A DNA stretch of 64,000 nt from an uncultured delta proteobacterium. Its GTDB lineage: Bacteria; Desulfobacterota; Binatia; HRBIN30; BPIQ01. Positions 23,226-36,757 of the stretch are shown piece after piece. The stretch lies in assembly GCA_963761335.1 (NCBI GenBank), contig CAVXGR010000016.1:128001-192000 (forward strand), in the 5' to 3' direction. The notes beneath the pieces are model-generated. The model saw nothing but the letters and a program-made list of their open reading frames with translations, was not told where the DNA came from and searched no databases. The first letter of the stretch is position 1. Every line of letters starts with the position of its first letter. The position numbers were made by a program, and so were the translations under genes.

Positions 23226-24125
23226 ATGAACGGCGGCCGCGGGCCCATCCGCATCCGCTTCTGGGGGGTGCGGGGGAGTCACCCGGTCTGCGGTCCGTCG
23301 ACCAGTGAGGTGGGAGGCAACACCTCCTGCGTCGAGGTCGAGGTCGCCGGCCGCACCGTCATCTTCGACGCCGGCACCGGTATCATTCCGCTCGGCAGGG
23401 ACCTGCTGAGCCGCAGCCAATCGCGGCTGGCGCACATCTTTCTCAGCCACGTGCATCACGATCACATCGGCGGGTTCTATTTCTTCGAACCCTCCTACTC
23501 GGAGGAGTGGCGCTGCTTCGTCTACGGCTACGGCACCGGCCGTGACGGTCTGACGCGGGTGCTGAACTCGGCGATGCGGCCGCCGTACTTCCCGATCACC
23601 ATGCGCGAGCTGCCGGCGCAGCTGAGTATTCGCACTCTCGGTACCAGTGCCCAGGTGGTGCTCACCGAGCCGAAGCCGGCCGTGCTCCGCCCGCGGGCGG
23701 CGGTGCCCGCCGACGCACCCGTGGTCGCGGCACGGCACATCCGCGCCCATCCGAAGCCAGGGGTGACCCTGTACCGGGTCAGTCTCGAGGGCCGAACCGT
23801 GGTCTATGCCAGCGACGTGGAGGCGGCGAAGGGCGCCCATGCCGAGATCGCCAGCTTCGCCAGGGGAGCGGACGTCCTCATCCACGACGCTCACTGGGTC
23901 GAGGAGGAGTACTCGGCGCGCCAGTACGGCAAGGTCGGCTGGGGGCACAGCACGGTACAGATGGCGGCCTCGGTCGCCAAGGCTGCCGCCGTCGGCGAGC
24001 TGATCCTTTTCCATCACGCCCCCACCCGCTCCGACGCCGAGGTGGCGCGGATGGAGCGCGAAGCCCGCTCCATCTTTCCCCTGACGCGGGCGGCGCGCGA
24101 GGGCATGGAGCTCCAGCTGCGCTGA
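23226..24125 (+). CDS. MBL-fold metallo-hydrolase (RNase Z / phosphodiesterase-like)
   Basis: FWGVRGS, GGNTSCVEV, SHVHHDHIGG, WGHST and LFHHAP motifs. Confidence 0.9.
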   Translation: MNGGRGPIRIRFWGVRGSHPVCGPSTSEVGGNTSCVEVEVAGRTVIFDAGTGIIPLGRDLLSRSQSRLAHIFLSHVHHDHIGGFYFFEPSYSEEWRCFVYGYGTGRDGLTRVLNSAMRPPYFPITMRELPAQLSIRTLGTSAQVVLTEPKPAVLRPRAAVPADAPVVAARHIRAHPKPGVTLYRVSLEGRTVVYASDVEAAKGAHAEIASFARGADVLIHDAHWVEEEYSARQYGKVGWGHSTVQMAASVAKAAAVGELILFHHAPTRSDAEVARMEREARSIFPLTRAAREGMELQLR

Positions 24126-24381
24126 GCCCTGCGGGCGCTCACCGCTGATGCCGGGGGGTATCTTTTCTCTTTCGCCGCGGCTCTTCTTCTGCCAGAATAG
24201 CGGGCGCAAATTCTTCGAATAAAGCCAGGGAGAGACTGTCTATACCCCAGAAGCTTCGTTATCCGGGCGGCGACGCGGAGTTTTCACGCGGCCGCAACCG
24301 CCGGGTCACTGTCAGCGCATACCGTTCGTTGTACGCGTGGAAGCAGCGCCGGGTGTGAGTCTCGTGGAGGTAGAGAGCATC

Positions 24382-24795
24382 ATGACGAATACGACCGTCC
24401 TGGTCGTCGACGACAACGTCAACGACCGGATCATCGCCGAGACGCTGCTGCAGGCCAGAGGTTTCCGCGTGCTCACGGCCGAGGACGGGGCTGAAGCGCG
24501 GGACATCGTCGACCGCGAAGCGGTGGCCGTGGTGGTCACCGAGCTGGCGCTTCCCGGAATCAACGGTTGGCAGCTGGTGCGCTGGCTCCGCGGGCGCTTC
24601 GAGCCCTTCCCGCTGCAGCAACAGCCGCGCATCGTCGTCGTCTCGGGCCAGCTCGAGGCGGGCACCGAGCGCTTCATGCACCGCCTGGGCGTCGATGCCG
24701 TTCTGCAGAAGCCCGTTCCGGCAGGTGCGTTTCTGGAGACCGTCGATCGCTTGGCGGCGCAGGGCCAGAGGCCGCACGCCGTGGGAGAGATCTGA
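24382..24795 (+). CDS. Single-domain response regulator (CheY-like), atypical: Glu at the phosphoacceptor position
   Basis: VLVVDD, VVVTELALPGING, IVVVSG and LQKP; GGAGG RBS upstream. Confidence 0.85.
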   Translation: MTNTTVLVVDDNVNDRIIAETLLQARGFRVLTAEDGAEARDIVDREAVAVVVTELALPGINGWQLVRWLRGRFEPFPLQQQPRIVVVSGQLEAGTERFMHRLGVDAVLQKPVPAGAFLETVDRLAAQGQRPHAVGEI

Positions 24796-24801
24796 CCTCG
24801 G

Positions 24802-27354
24802 TCAGGGCGTATTGAGCACCTGCCAGATGACGTAGGCGATCTCGCCGGCGGTGATCATTCCATCGCCGTTGCGGTCGGCGCTGAAGCACTGCTTGTCGTG
24901 GCTGGGCAGGGCCGCGCAGCCGGAGGCGCGGCTGTCGCAGGTGAAGATGATGGCGATGATCTTGGCGAGCTCTCCGGCGCTGACGAAGCCGTCGCCGTTG
25001 CAGTCGCCGGCGACAATGCCCGGCGGCGGGGTCCCGTCGAGCGATACGGCGCGCACGTTGCCGGCGTCGCTGTCGCTGACGTAGAGAACCCCGGCCGAGG
25101 GGTCGAAGGCGAGGCTGCTGACCCGCTTCAGCTGCGCCTGCGCGGCGGGGCCGCCGTCTCCGCTCACTCCCGGCGTTCCCGTACCTGCCAGCGTTTCGAT
25201 CGTGCCGGCGGCGCTGATCCGGCGGACACGCGGCATGAACTCCTCGCCCACGAAAATGTCGCCGGTGGGGCTGAGGGCCAGGCTCTGTGGTCCGTTCAGG
25301 TTGGCGTCGCGCGCCGGACCCCCGTCCCCGGTAAAGGTGCATTTGCCGGCTCCAGCGACCGTCTCGATGGTACCGGTCGAGGCGTCGACGCGCCGAATGC
25401 GGCAGTTGTTGCGGTCGGCGATGTAGATGTCGCCATTGCCGTCCAGCGCGACGCCGGTCGGGTTGTTGAGGCGGGCGGAGGTTGCCGGGCCGCCGTCGCC
25501 GTCGAAGCCAGACAGGCCGGACCCGGCGATCGTGGTGATGATGCCGTCGGGAGCCAGCCTGCGGACCCGCTGATTGGAGGAGTCGGCGATCAGCAGGCTG
25601 CCGTCCGCCGCCAGCGCCAGACCCGCCGGAAACGATAGGCTCGCTCCACTTGCCGGCCCGCCGTCTCCGGAGAAGCCGGCGGTGCCGTTGCCGGCAATCG
25701 TGGTGATCACGCCCGTCTGCCCGTCGATACGCCGCACGCGCTGGTTCAGCTGGTCGGAGACGTAGACATTCTGTTGGGCGTCGACGGCGACGCCCATGGG
25801 CAGCGCCATCTGGGCGTCGACGGCGGCCCCGCCGTCTCCTCCGGACCCGTACTCGCCGGAGCCGGCCACTGGTCCGATCAGTCCGGAGGCGGCGCCCACG
25901 CGGCGCACGCGGTTGTTGGTCGAGTCGGCGATGTACAGGTCGCCGTGGGGCCCGAGGGCGATTCCCTTGGGGTTGATCTTGGCGGTCTTGGCCGGAAAGC
26001 CGTCGCCGTTGTCGCTGCCGACCACCGTGGTGATCTGTCCGTTCGGAGCGATTCGGCGGACGCGACCGCCTGCAGACTCCGCGATCAGGACCGCACCGGA
26101 GGTCTCGAAGGCAATGCCCGCCGGGCCGTCGAGCCGCGCCTCGGTTGCGGGGCCGCCGTCGCCGGAATACCCGGGGACCGCTCCGCCGCTGGCAGTGGTG
26201 ATGATTCCGGTAAGCAAATCCACCCGCCGCAGGCGAGGCTGAATGGTCTCGGCGATGTAGAGCGAGTTGCGGTCGATGCCGATGTACCACGGCCCGTTGA
26301 GGTCTGCCGCGATTGCGGGACCGCCGTCGCCGGAAAAGCGGCAGACGCCGGTGCCGGCCACCGTGGAGATCTTTCCGGAGACGTCGACCCGGCGCACCCG
26401 GCAGTGGCCGCGATCCACGACGTAGAAGCCGCCTCCGTCCACTTCGGCGACGACGTCGGTGGGATTGGAGAGGCTGGCGTTCGTGGCCGCCTGCCCGTCG
26501 CCGTTGTAGGAGAGGCCGCTGTCGCCGGCGACCGTCGTGATCACCCCCAGGGGGCTGACCCGGCGGACGCGGTGATTGCTGCTGTCGGCGATCAGCAGGC
26601 TACCGTCGGCGGTGATCGCGAGGCCAGCGGGGTAGAAGAGCGAAGCGTTGATGGCCAGACCCCCGTCGCCCGAGAACGACGATCTGCCGTTCCCCGCATA
26701 GGTGGTGATCAAGCCGGTCCATGCATCGATACGACGCACGCGGTGATTCAATTGGTCCGAGAAGAAGATGTTGCCGCCGCCGTCGGCCACCACGGCGGTG
26801 GGGTAGGCGAGGCGCGCCTGCTCCGCGGAGCCCCCGTCTCCGGTGAAGCCGAAAAGGCCGATCCCGGCGACGGTCTGTATCCTGCCGGTGTGGGCGTCGA
26901 CGCGTCGAATACGGTTGTCGAAGGTGTCGGCGATGAGGAGATTCCCCGCAGGGTCGAGGGCAATCCCCTTGGGGCTCACGCGGGCAATCGCCGCCGGATA
27001 GCCGTCGCCGTTGTTGAGCCCGATCGGGGTGTCGATCGTGGCAGCCGGCCAAGCGGCCGCGGGCCAGGTGAACAGCACGAGCGCCAGCACCAGAGCGCCC
27101 CATGCCCTCCTGCCGTAGGTCGAGCAAAGATCGCCTATCAAGGAGATTCTCTTCAGCGGCGGCGGTTCTGGTTGCTTCTCGGAATCCCGTCGCGGCAAGC
27201 CGCGGCTGCCCCCATTCCGAGTGGCCGCAATCGTCCAAAAGCATAGCGTGCGCCGGCGGCGCTTGTCGAACGGTTTCCGAGTCACAAAAATTCCTCTACC
27301 CCGTAGCCCCCGGGCATAAAGATTTCCCATGAGGCGGAGCGTGTGACGTGCCAA
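24802..27354 (-). CDS. Secreted double NHL beta-propeller protein with C-terminal dockerin-like domain (true start probably about 27100-27160)
   Basis: About 12 NHL repeats with GFSGDGGPA loops; signal-like AWGALVLALVLFTWPAAA; C-terminal GDCNGDGFVSAGEL..ADRNGDGMITAGEI. Confidence 0.8.
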   Translation of the reverse strand: MARHTLRLMGNLYARGLRGRGIFVTRKPFDKRRRRTLCFWTIAATRNGGSRGLPRRDSEKQPEPPPLKRISLIGDLCSTYGRRAWGALVLALVLFTWPAAAWPAATIDTPIGLNNGDGYPAAIARVSPKGIALDPAGNLLIADTFDNRIRRVDAHTGRIQTVAGIGLFGFTGDGGSAEQARLAYPTAVVADGGGNIFFSDQLNHRVRRIDAWTGLITTYAGNGRSSFSGDGGLAINASLFYPAGLAITADGSLLIADSSNHRVRRVSPLGVITTVAGDSGLSYNGDGQAATNASLSNPTDVVAEVDGGGFYVVDRGHCRVRRVDVSGKISTVAGTGVCRFSGDGGPAIAADLNGPWYIGIDRNSLYIAETIQPRLRRVDLLTGIITTASGGAVPGYSGDGGPATEARLDGPAGIAFETSGAVLIAESAGGRVRRIAPNGQITTVVGSDNGDGFPAKTAKINPKGIALGPHGDLYIADSTNNRVRRVGAASGLIGPVAGSGEYGSGGDGGAAVDAQMALPMGVAVDAQQNVYVSDQLNQRVRRIDGQTGVITTIAGNGTAGFSGDGGPASGASLSFPAGLALAADGSLLIADSSNQRVRRLAPDGIITTIAGSGLSGFDGDGGPATSARLNNPTGVALDGNGDIYIADRNNCRIRRVDASTGTIETVAGAGKCTFTGDGGPARDANLNGPQSLALSPTGDIFVGEEFMPRVRRISAAGTIETLAGTGTPGVSGDGGPAAQAQLKRVSSLAFDPSAGVLYVSDSDAGNVRAVSLDGTPPPGIVAGDCNGDGFVSAGELAKIIAIIFTCDSRASGCAALPSHDKQCFSADRNGDGMITAGEIAYVIWQVLNTP

Positions 27355-27543
27355 GGGGACTGACGCGAGGTATAGAGGCTTCTCCGGGGCGAGGCCCTCG
27401 AGCGGAGCCCCTGATCTCGCAAAACCGCAATAGTGGCACGGGCTTGCCGCCGAGTCGGGGAAGGGCCGCGCGGCTGCAAGACGGAAGGACGGGCGAGGGC
27501 AGGGGCACGGGGGCCTGGGCTGTTGCCTGCGGGCGGGCGGAGC

Positions 27544-29202
27544 TCAGCCGGGGCGATACTCTCCCCAGACGGCCCGCATGGCGTCGGCGATCTCGCCCAG
27601 GGTGGCGTAGGCCCGCACCGCGTCGACGATCCGCGGCATGAGGTTGCCGTCGCCGCGAGCGGTCTCTGTGATCTTCTCGAGGGCAGTGCGCGCCGCCTGC
27701 TGGTCGCGCTCGGCGCGGACCTTGGCCACGCGGCGCCTCTGCTGGCGCTCCAGCGCGGGGTCGATGCGCAGGATGTCCGGGGGCGGCTCGTTCTCGAGCA
27801 CGAGCTCGTTGACGCCGACGATGATGCGCTCGTGGTGGTCGATCTCCTGCTGGTAGCGGAAGGCCGACTCGTGGATCTCGCGCTGCGGATAGCCCTGCTC
27901 GATGGCGGCGACGGCTCCCCCCATCCGATCGATGGTCTCGAGGTAGTCCATGGAACGGCGCTCGAGCTCGTCGGTGAGGGACTCGACGAAGTAGGAGCCC
28001 GCCAAGGGATCGATGGTCTCGGCGGCTCCGGACTCGTAGGCGATGACCTGCTGGGTGCGCAGGGCGACGCGCACCGAGTCCTCGCTGGGCAGCGCCAGGG
28101 CCTCGTCTTTCGAGTTGGTGTGCAGTGACTGGGTGCCGCCGAGAACGGCGGCGAGCGCCTGCAGGGTGACGCGCACGACGTTGTTGTCGGGCTGCTGCGC
28201 CGTCAGCGACGAGCCCGCCGTCTGCGCATGTGTGCGCAGCATCATCGAGCGCGGGTCGCGAGCCCCGAAGCGCTCCTTCATGATCCGCGCCCACAGGCGA
28301 CGGGCGGCGCGGAACTTGGCCACCTCCTCGAAGAAGTTGTTGTGGACATTGAAGAAGAAGGACAGCCGCGCCGCGAACTTGTCGACGTCCAGGCCGGCGC
28401 GCACGGCGGCGTCGACATAGGCGATGCCGTTGGCCAGCGTGAAGGCGATCTCCTGGACTGCCGTCGAGCCGGCTTCGCGGATGTGATAGCCGGAGATGGA
28501 TATGGTGTTCCAGTTCGGCACTTCCCGGGTGCAGAACGCGAAGATGTCGGTGATGATGCGCATCGATCCCGCGGGAGGATAGATGTAGGTGCCGCGGGCG
28601 ATGTACTCCTTCAGGAGGTCGTTCTGCACGGTGCCGCTGACCTTCGTCCACGGCACGCCCTGCTTGTCGGCGACTCCGAGATAGAGGGCCAGGAGGATGG
28701 CGGCGGTGGCGTTGATGGTCATCGAGGTGGAGACCCGGTCGAGGGGAATCCCGTCGAACATGGTCTCCATGTCAGCGAGCGAGTCGATGGCGACGCCGAC
28801 GCGGCCGACCTCACCCTGCGAGCGCGGGTTGTCGGAGTCCAGCCCCATCTGCGTCGGCAGGTCGAAGGCGACACTCAGGCCGGTCGTGCCCTGCTCGAGG
28901 AGGTAGCGATAACGGCGGTTCGATTCCTCGGCGGTGCCGAAGCCGGCGTATTGCCGCATGGTCCACAGCCGGCCGCGGTACATGGTCGGCTGAACGCCGC
29001 GGGTGAAGGGGTAATCGCCGGGAAAGCCGCTCTGCGCCGCGTAGTCGTGGGCGCCGGTGTCCTCCGGGGTGTAGAGCCGCTTGACCTCGATCCCCGAGGT
29101 GGTCGCGAAGCTCGGCTGGCGCTCCGGGGCACGGGACAGGGACTTCTTCAGCGTCCCGTTCTCCCACGCCTCGTGCGCCTTCTTCACGTCGTCGTTGCTC
29201 AT
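27544..29202 (-). CDS. Methylmalonyl-CoA mutase family, substrate-binding large subunit (no B12-binding domain)
   Basis: [44 protein letters not shown] and GGTQSLHTN motifs. Confidence 0.95.
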   Translation of the reverse strand: MSNDDVKKAHEAWENGTLKKSLSRAPERQPSFATTSGIEVKRLYTPEDTGAHDYAAQSGFPGDYPFTRGVQPTMYRGRLWTMRQYAGFGTAEESNRRYRYLLEQGTTGLSVAFDLPTQMGLDSDNPRSQGEVGRVGVAIDSLADMETMFDGIPLDRVSTSMTINATAAILLALYLGVADKQGVPWTKVSGTVQNDLLKEYIARGTYIYPPAGSMRIITDIFAFCTREVPNWNTISISGYHIREAGSTAVQEIAFTLANGIAYVDAAVRAGLDVDKFAARLSFFFNVHNNFFEEVAKFRAARRLWARIMKERFGARDPRSMMLRTHAQTAGSSLTAQQPDNNVVRVTLQALAAVLGGTQSLHTNSKDEALALPSEDSVRVALRTQQVIAYESGAAETIDPLAGSYFVESLTDELERRSMDYLETIDRMGGAVAAIEQGYPQREIHESAFRYQQEIDHHERIIVGVNELVLENEPPPDILRIDPALERQQRRRVAKVRAERDQQAARTALEKITETARGDGNLMPRIVDAVRAYATLGEIADAMRAVWGEYRPG

Positions 29203-29233
29203 GCGCTCTCGATCGCCGGCGCCTGGCCCCGTC

Positions 29234-29737
29234 TCACTCGATGACGACCAGCAGCTGGCGCGATTCGATGACGTCGCCTGGGGCCACGGTGATCTCCTTC
29301 ACCTCTCCCGCGGACGGCGCCTTGATCTCGTTCTCCATCTTCATGGCCTCGACCACCAGCAGCGCCTGGCCGCGGTCCACGGCGTCGCCGGCGGAGACGA
29401 ACACGTCGACGACCTTGCCCGGCATCTGGGCGCGGATCTCGCGCCGTCCATGCTCTTCCTCGGGAGCTCCGAGGACGATGGGCTTGTGGCGGCGCTCGTC
29501 GGCGAGCCGGAAGCGATAGACATCGCCGTCGATGGTGACCTCGTACTCGTCTCCCTCGGCGACCACCTCGGCGACGTAGGAGCGGTGGGCGATCAGCACC
29601 GAGTAGCTGGAGGAGTCGATCTGGCGGCAGTCCACCTCGTGGGAGGTTCCGTCGATGTCGACGCGGTAGGTGGCCTCTCCCGTGTCGTGGACGTCGATTC
29701 GGGCAACGCGCTGCCCCAGGTCGGCCAGATACGCCAT
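29234..29737 (-). CDS. Biotin carboxyl carrier protein of acyl-CoA carboxylase
   Basis: EAMKMENE biotinylation motif. Confidence 0.93.
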   Translation of the reverse strand: MAYLADLGQRVARIDVHDTGEATYRVDIDGTSHEVDCRQIDSSSYSVLIAHRSYVAEVVAEGDEYEVTIDGDVYRFRLADERRHKPIVLGAPEEEHGRREIRAQMPGKVVDVFVSAGDAVDRGQALLVVEAMKMENEIKAPSAGEVKEITVAPGDVIESRQLLVVIE

Positions 29738-29738
29738 A

Positions 29739-31250
<1,512 letters not shown>

Positions 31251-31300
31251 TGAATTCGTGTTTCTTATCGAAGGATCTGCCGCGGCGCAACGCGACAGCG

Positions 31301-31397
31301 CAGGTTGTTAGGTTGTTTGGTTGTCAGGTTGTTCAGAAGCAGAAACCCGACAATTGTTAAACCCTAACAACCTGACAACCAACAACCTAACAACCTG
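31301..31397. repeat. Long inverted repeat built from 7-8-nt tandem units (AGGTTGTT-like)
   Basis: 31301-31333 and 31366-31397 are reverse complements apart from one extra T; 32-nt loop. Confidence 0.85.
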
Positions 31398-31401
31398 TTC
31401 T

Positions 31402-32952
<1,551 letters not shown>

Positions 32953-33034
32953 AAGCAAAGCCGCCCCGCACGCAGGCGGCGGGGCGCCGCAGGTTCTTAG
33001 TACGCGTGTTTCGCGAAGGCAAGCCGCAGCGGCG

Positions 33035-33643
33035 CTACACCTGGGCGCTGGGGCGCTTCTTGAACTCCTCGTGCCAGCGCAGGACGTTGTGATTGGCCTC
33101 GCCGATCGGCACCTGGGCGAACTGGGCGAACTCGAGGGCGGCGAAGAGGGTGCAGTCGGCGATCGTGGGCCGCGCCCCGGCGACGAAGGGCCGCTTGCCG
33201 ATGCGGGCGTCGAGGACGGTCAGTGCGGCGTCGAGCGGCGTGCGCGCGTTGGCGGCCGCATCCGCCGACTGGCGGAAGCGCGCCGCCATGAACGGGTGGG
33301 TGTTCTGGAAGATGGTGCCGACGCGTGACAGCACGCCGATCTCGGCGATGCGCTCGAGCTCGCGCACGCGGGCGCGCTCGAGGGGCTCGGTGCCGATCAT
33401 CGGCGGCTGCGGGTGCAGCTCCTCGAAATACTCCATGATCGCCAGGGACTCCGTCAGGTGCGCGCCGTCGTCGAGCGCCAGGACCGGGAGCCCGCCGAGC
33501 GGATTGCGGCTCAGGAACTCGGCCGTGCGGTTCTCACCGGTGACCAGGTTGACCTCCTCCCAGGCGACCTCCAGCCCCTTCTCCTTCAAATAGACGAGCA
33601 GCCTCCTCGGGTTCGGCGCCCCCGCGAATCCGTAGATCTTCAT
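33035..33643 (-). CDS. Glutathione S-transferase family protein
   Basis: [25 protein letters not shown] and TIAD motifs. Confidence 0.92.
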   Translation of the reverse strand: MKIYGFAGAPNPRRLLVYLKEKGLEVAWEEVNLVTGENRTAEFLSRNPLGGLPVLALDDGAHLTESLAIMEYFEELHPQPPMIGTEPLERARVRELERIAEIGVLSRVGTIFQNTHPFMAARFRQSADAAANARTPLDAALTVLDARIGKRPFVAGARPTIADCTLFAALEFAQFAQVPIGEANHNVLRWHEEFKKRPSAQV

Positions 33644-33707
33644 CGATGCCCCCTTCGTGTTCGAGTGTGGCGCCAGCCTACGCACTGCCCGCTCCGAGTC
33701 AACAATG

Positions 33708-33811
33708 CGAGGGGTTGAGGTGCTGAGGTGTTGGGTGTTGGCGCGGGGTGCTGAAGCCGTAACGCCTTCCCCGATGCCCCAACAGCCAACACCTCAACAC
33801 CCAACACCTCG
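33708..33811. repeat. Imperfect long inverted repeat of 7-8-nt units (GAGGTGTT/GGGTGTT)
   Basis: 33708-33744 pairs imperfectly with 33776-33811; architecture similar to 31301-31397. Confidence 0.7.
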
Positions 33812-33816
33812 TTCTT

Positions 33817-34257
33817 TCAGCGGGCCTCATCGCGGATATGAACCAGCTCCATCGTGGTGCCGGCGGCGACGCCGTGCTTGGCGGCGAAGCCGCCGTTGAC
33901 CTCGAGAACGTACTTCGAGGGCTTGCCGACCCCGCGCGCCGTGGTGGTCTGCGGCCGCGCCTCGGCGACCACGCCGACCACCGTCTTCGCGGCGTCGATG
34001 AAGATCATATCCAGAGGGATCAGGGTGTTCTTCATCCAGAATTGCTGCGTTTCCTCCTCCGGGAAGATGAACAGCATGCCGGCGTCGGAGTCGAGCTCAC
34101 GGCGGTACATGAGGCCGTTGGCGCGCATCGCCGGGGTGCTCACCACCTCGACACGGACGTGCGTCAAGGTGCCGTCCGGGTTGTGCAACACCACTGCGGG
34201 GCCGCCGGCGCGGCAGGCGCCGCAGAGCAGCAGGAGGCCCAACAGCAGTTGTCGCAG
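33817..34257 (-). CDS. DUF192 domain protein (probable lipoprotein; start uncertain)
   Basis: GLMYR, GMLFIF, FWMKNTLIPLDMIFID and YVLEVNGG motifs; no in-frame ATG close to the signal peptide. Confidence 0.85.
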   Translation of the reverse strand: MRQLLLGLLLLCGACRAGGPAVVLHNPDGTLTHVRVEVVSTPAMRANGLMYRRELDSDAGMLFIFPEEETQQFWMKNTLIPLDMIFIDAAKTVVGVVAEARPQTTTARGVGKPSKYVLEVNGGFAAKHGVAAGTTMELVHIRDEAR

Positions 34258-34407
34258 CCGCCGGACCGGCTCCGCTCGCCGCCTCGCGGCACGCGCATAA
34301 GTAGGCGTACTCTCTGCGATAAGCGACGCGGACTCGCCTTGCAATGGGGATGCGTTTCGCTTAGGAGACGCCAGTAGACGCGACCAGAAATTCATTCGGG
34401 GGGCCCG

Positions 34408-36453
34408 ATGTTGAACGAGATCATATTTGCCCTGGTCCTGGCTGCAGGGCTCGGGTATTTCGCCCGCACCATCTACCGGCGCTTCGCGGTGCTCACCAAG
34501 GTGGCGCCGCTGCGCCAGTGGGACCGCATCCCCGAGCGCATTCAGGCGGTTCTCGTCTATGCCTTCGGCCAGAAGAAGTTCCTCATCGGCGAGCAGCCGG
34601 CCGGCTGGATGCACTTCTTCATCTTCTGGGGATTCACCGTCCTCGCCGTCCAGGTCGTTCACATGTTCGCCCGCGGCTTCTTTGCGGACTTCCATCTGCC
34701 CCTCTTCTCGCCCCACCTCTTGGGTGGACCCTATCTGCTGCTCAAGGACATCATGGAGGTGGTCGTCCTCTTCTGGATCGGCGTCGCCCTGTATCGCTGG
34801 GGCGTCTCTCATCCGGCGCGCCTCTACGGCTACGTACCCGCAGAGGAGCGCCTGCGGCACCAGTCGCACTGGGAGGCGTTCCTGATTCTCTGCTTCATCG
34901 GCACCATCATGCTGACCGGGCTCTTATACGACGGCGGAAGGCTCGTCTACATGTCCGGCCCGGAGATCACCGCGGAAGGCAGCTGGCAGCCCTTCAGCAG
35001 CATCATGGCGGCGATCCTCACGCCACTCGGCGCCGGCGGGGCGCGCTTCGTGAGCAATCTCGCTTGGTGGGGGCACAACCTGGTGATCCTCGTTTTCCTC
35101 AACCTCCTGCCTCTCTCCAAGCACTTTCACATCATCACCTCCATCCCCAACGTGTTCTTCAAGAAGCTCGATCCGAAAGGCGCTCTCAGCAAGCAGGACC
35201 TGGAGAACGCCACCACCTTCGGCACCTCGTACATCACCCAGTTCAACTGGAAGCAGGTGCTCGACATGTACTCGTGCACCGAGTGCGGGCGCTGCTCGTC
35301 GCAGTGTCCGGCGACCTACAGCGGCAAGCTGCTGGCGCCCCGGCAGCTGCTGCTCAATCTGCGCGACTATCTCTATCAGCACGAGGACGAGGTGATCGCC
35401 CGGCCGGCGGCGCCGGCCGATGGCGACGGAACGGAGGCGGCGGTCGGCGAGAACATCGTCGGCGACCGGCTCATTCTCGACGATGTCCTCTGGGCCTGCA
35501 CCACCTGCCGCGCCTGCGAGGAGGCGTGCCCGGTGATGATCGAGTACGTCGACAAGATCGTCGACATGCGCCGTCACCTGGTGCAGGAGGAATCGCGCTT
35601 CCCCGCCGAGCTGACCCGTACGTTCAAGGGCATGGAGACGCAGAGCAACCCTTGGGGAATCGATGCCGCGACGCGCGCCGACTGGGCCAAGGGGCTGGAC
35701 ATCCCCACGCTCGCCGAGAAGCCGGACGCGCAGTATCTCTACTTTGTTGGCTGCGCCGGCTCGTATGACGACCGCAACAAGCGGACCACGGTGGCGCTGG
35801 CCACCGTGTTGAAGAAGGCGGGAGTCGATTTCGCCATTCTCGGCCCCGAGGAGCCGTGCAACGGCGAGACCGCACGCCGCATCGGCAACGAGTACCTGTT
35901 CCAGACGATGGCGCAGTTCTGCGCCGAGACACTGAACGGCTACAACGTCAAGAAGATCATCACCAACTGCCCCCACTGCTTCAACACGTTCAAGAACGAG
36001 TACCCGCAGTTCGGCGGCAACTACGAGGTGATCCACGCCACCGAGCTGGTGAGCAAGCTGGTCCGCGACGGCGTGTTGAACTTCAAGCAGAACGGCAGCC
36101 AGGTGATCACCTACCACGACTCCTGCTATCTGGGTCGCTACAATGACGTCTACCAGGCGCCGCGCGACATCCTCGCGCACGTCCCGGGCGTCGAGCTGCG
36201 CGAGATGGAGCGCAGCGGCCGCATGGGCATGTGCTGCGGCGCCGGCGGCGGTCGCATGTGGATGGAGGAGGATCCCGACAAGCGCGTCAACCTGCGCCGC
36301 GTCGAGCAGGCCCTCGAGACCAACCCCGACGTGGTGGCCGTGGCCTGTCCGTACTGCATGACCATGGTCGACGACGGCATCAAGGCCAAGGACATGGAGG
36401 AGAAGGTGCAGGCGCTCGACGTGATGGAGGTGGTGGCCAACTCCCTCGAGTAG
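34408..36453 (+). CDS. Membrane-bound Fe-S oxidoreductase (FadF/HdrD-GlpC-like, CCG domains)
   Basis: N-terminal TM region, CTECGRCSSQCP and CTTCRACEEACP clusters, YHDSCYLGR and CCGAGGG. Confidence 0.9.
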   Translation: MLNEIIFALVLAAGLGYFARTIYRRFAVLTKVAPLRQWDRIPERIQAVLVYAFGQKKFLIGEQPAGWMHFFIFWGFTVLAVQVVHMFARGFFADFHLPLFSPHLLGGPYLLLKDIMEVVVLFWIGVALYRWGVSHPARLYGYVPAEERLRHQSHWEAFLILCFIGTIMLTGLLYDGGRLVYMSGPEITAEGSWQPFSSIMAAILTPLGAGGARFVSNLAWWGHNLVILVFLNLLPLSKHFHIITSIPNVFFKKLDPKGALSKQDLENATTFGTSYITQFNWKQVLDMYSCTECGRCSSQCPATYSGKLLAPRQLLLNLRDYLYQHEDEVIARPAAPADGDGTEAAVGENIVGDRLILDDVLWACTTCRACEEACPVMIEYVDKIVDMRRHLVQEESRFPAELTRTFKGMETQSNPWGIDAATRADWAKGLDIPTLAEKPDAQYLYFVGCAGSYDDRNKRTTVALATVLKKAGVDFAILGPEEPCNGETARRIGNEYLFQTMAQFCAETLNGYNVKKIITNCPHCFNTFKNEYPQFGGNYEVIHATELVSKLVRDGVLNFKQNGSQVITYHDSCYLGRYNDVYQAPRDILAHVPGVELREMERSGRMGMCCGAGGGRMWMEEDPDKRVNLRRVEQALETNPDVVAVACPYCMTMVDDGIKAKDMEEKVQALDVMEVVANSLE

Positions 36454-36458
36454 CCCAG

Positions 36459-36740
36459 ATGGCTCGCATGGCTCGCATGGCACCTTGGCGGGGAGGGCTG
36501 CTGGGTCTGGCGCTGCTGGGGGCGGCGGTGATGTCCTCGTGCACGACACGGCACCGCGTGCCGGCGCAGGCCGCGGGCTGTGCCGGCGACTGTGGCGACA
36601 GCCGCGCCGCCTGCCTGCGCTCCTGCAGCGAGCGCAGCGGCCCGGTCGCCGCCCTCGAAGGGGTGCGCGAGAATCTCTGCGACAAGCGCTGCACGCAGGA
36701 TTACCAGACCTGCATGCTTGCCTGCCCCGGCGTTGATTGA
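36459..36740 (+). CDS. Small Cys-rich putative lipoprotein
   Basis: Hydrophobic signal ending MSSC followed by four CxxxC motifs; fills the gap between two plus-strand genes. Confidence 0.65.
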   Translation: MARMARMAPWRGGLLGLALLGAAVMSSCTTRHRVPAQAAGCAGDCGDSRAACLRSCSERSGPVAALEGVRENLCDKRCTQDYQTCMLACPGVD

Positions 36741-36757
36741 GCGGAGAGCGAGATCCA

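Noticed and set aside
27303..27314. GTAGCCCCCGGG resembling a REP start
   Set aside because: The second arm of the hairpin is missing
27434..27447. TGGCACGGGCTTGC sigma-54-like box
   Set aside because: Only 9 nt between GG and GC, and it points into the 3' end of an opposite-strand gene
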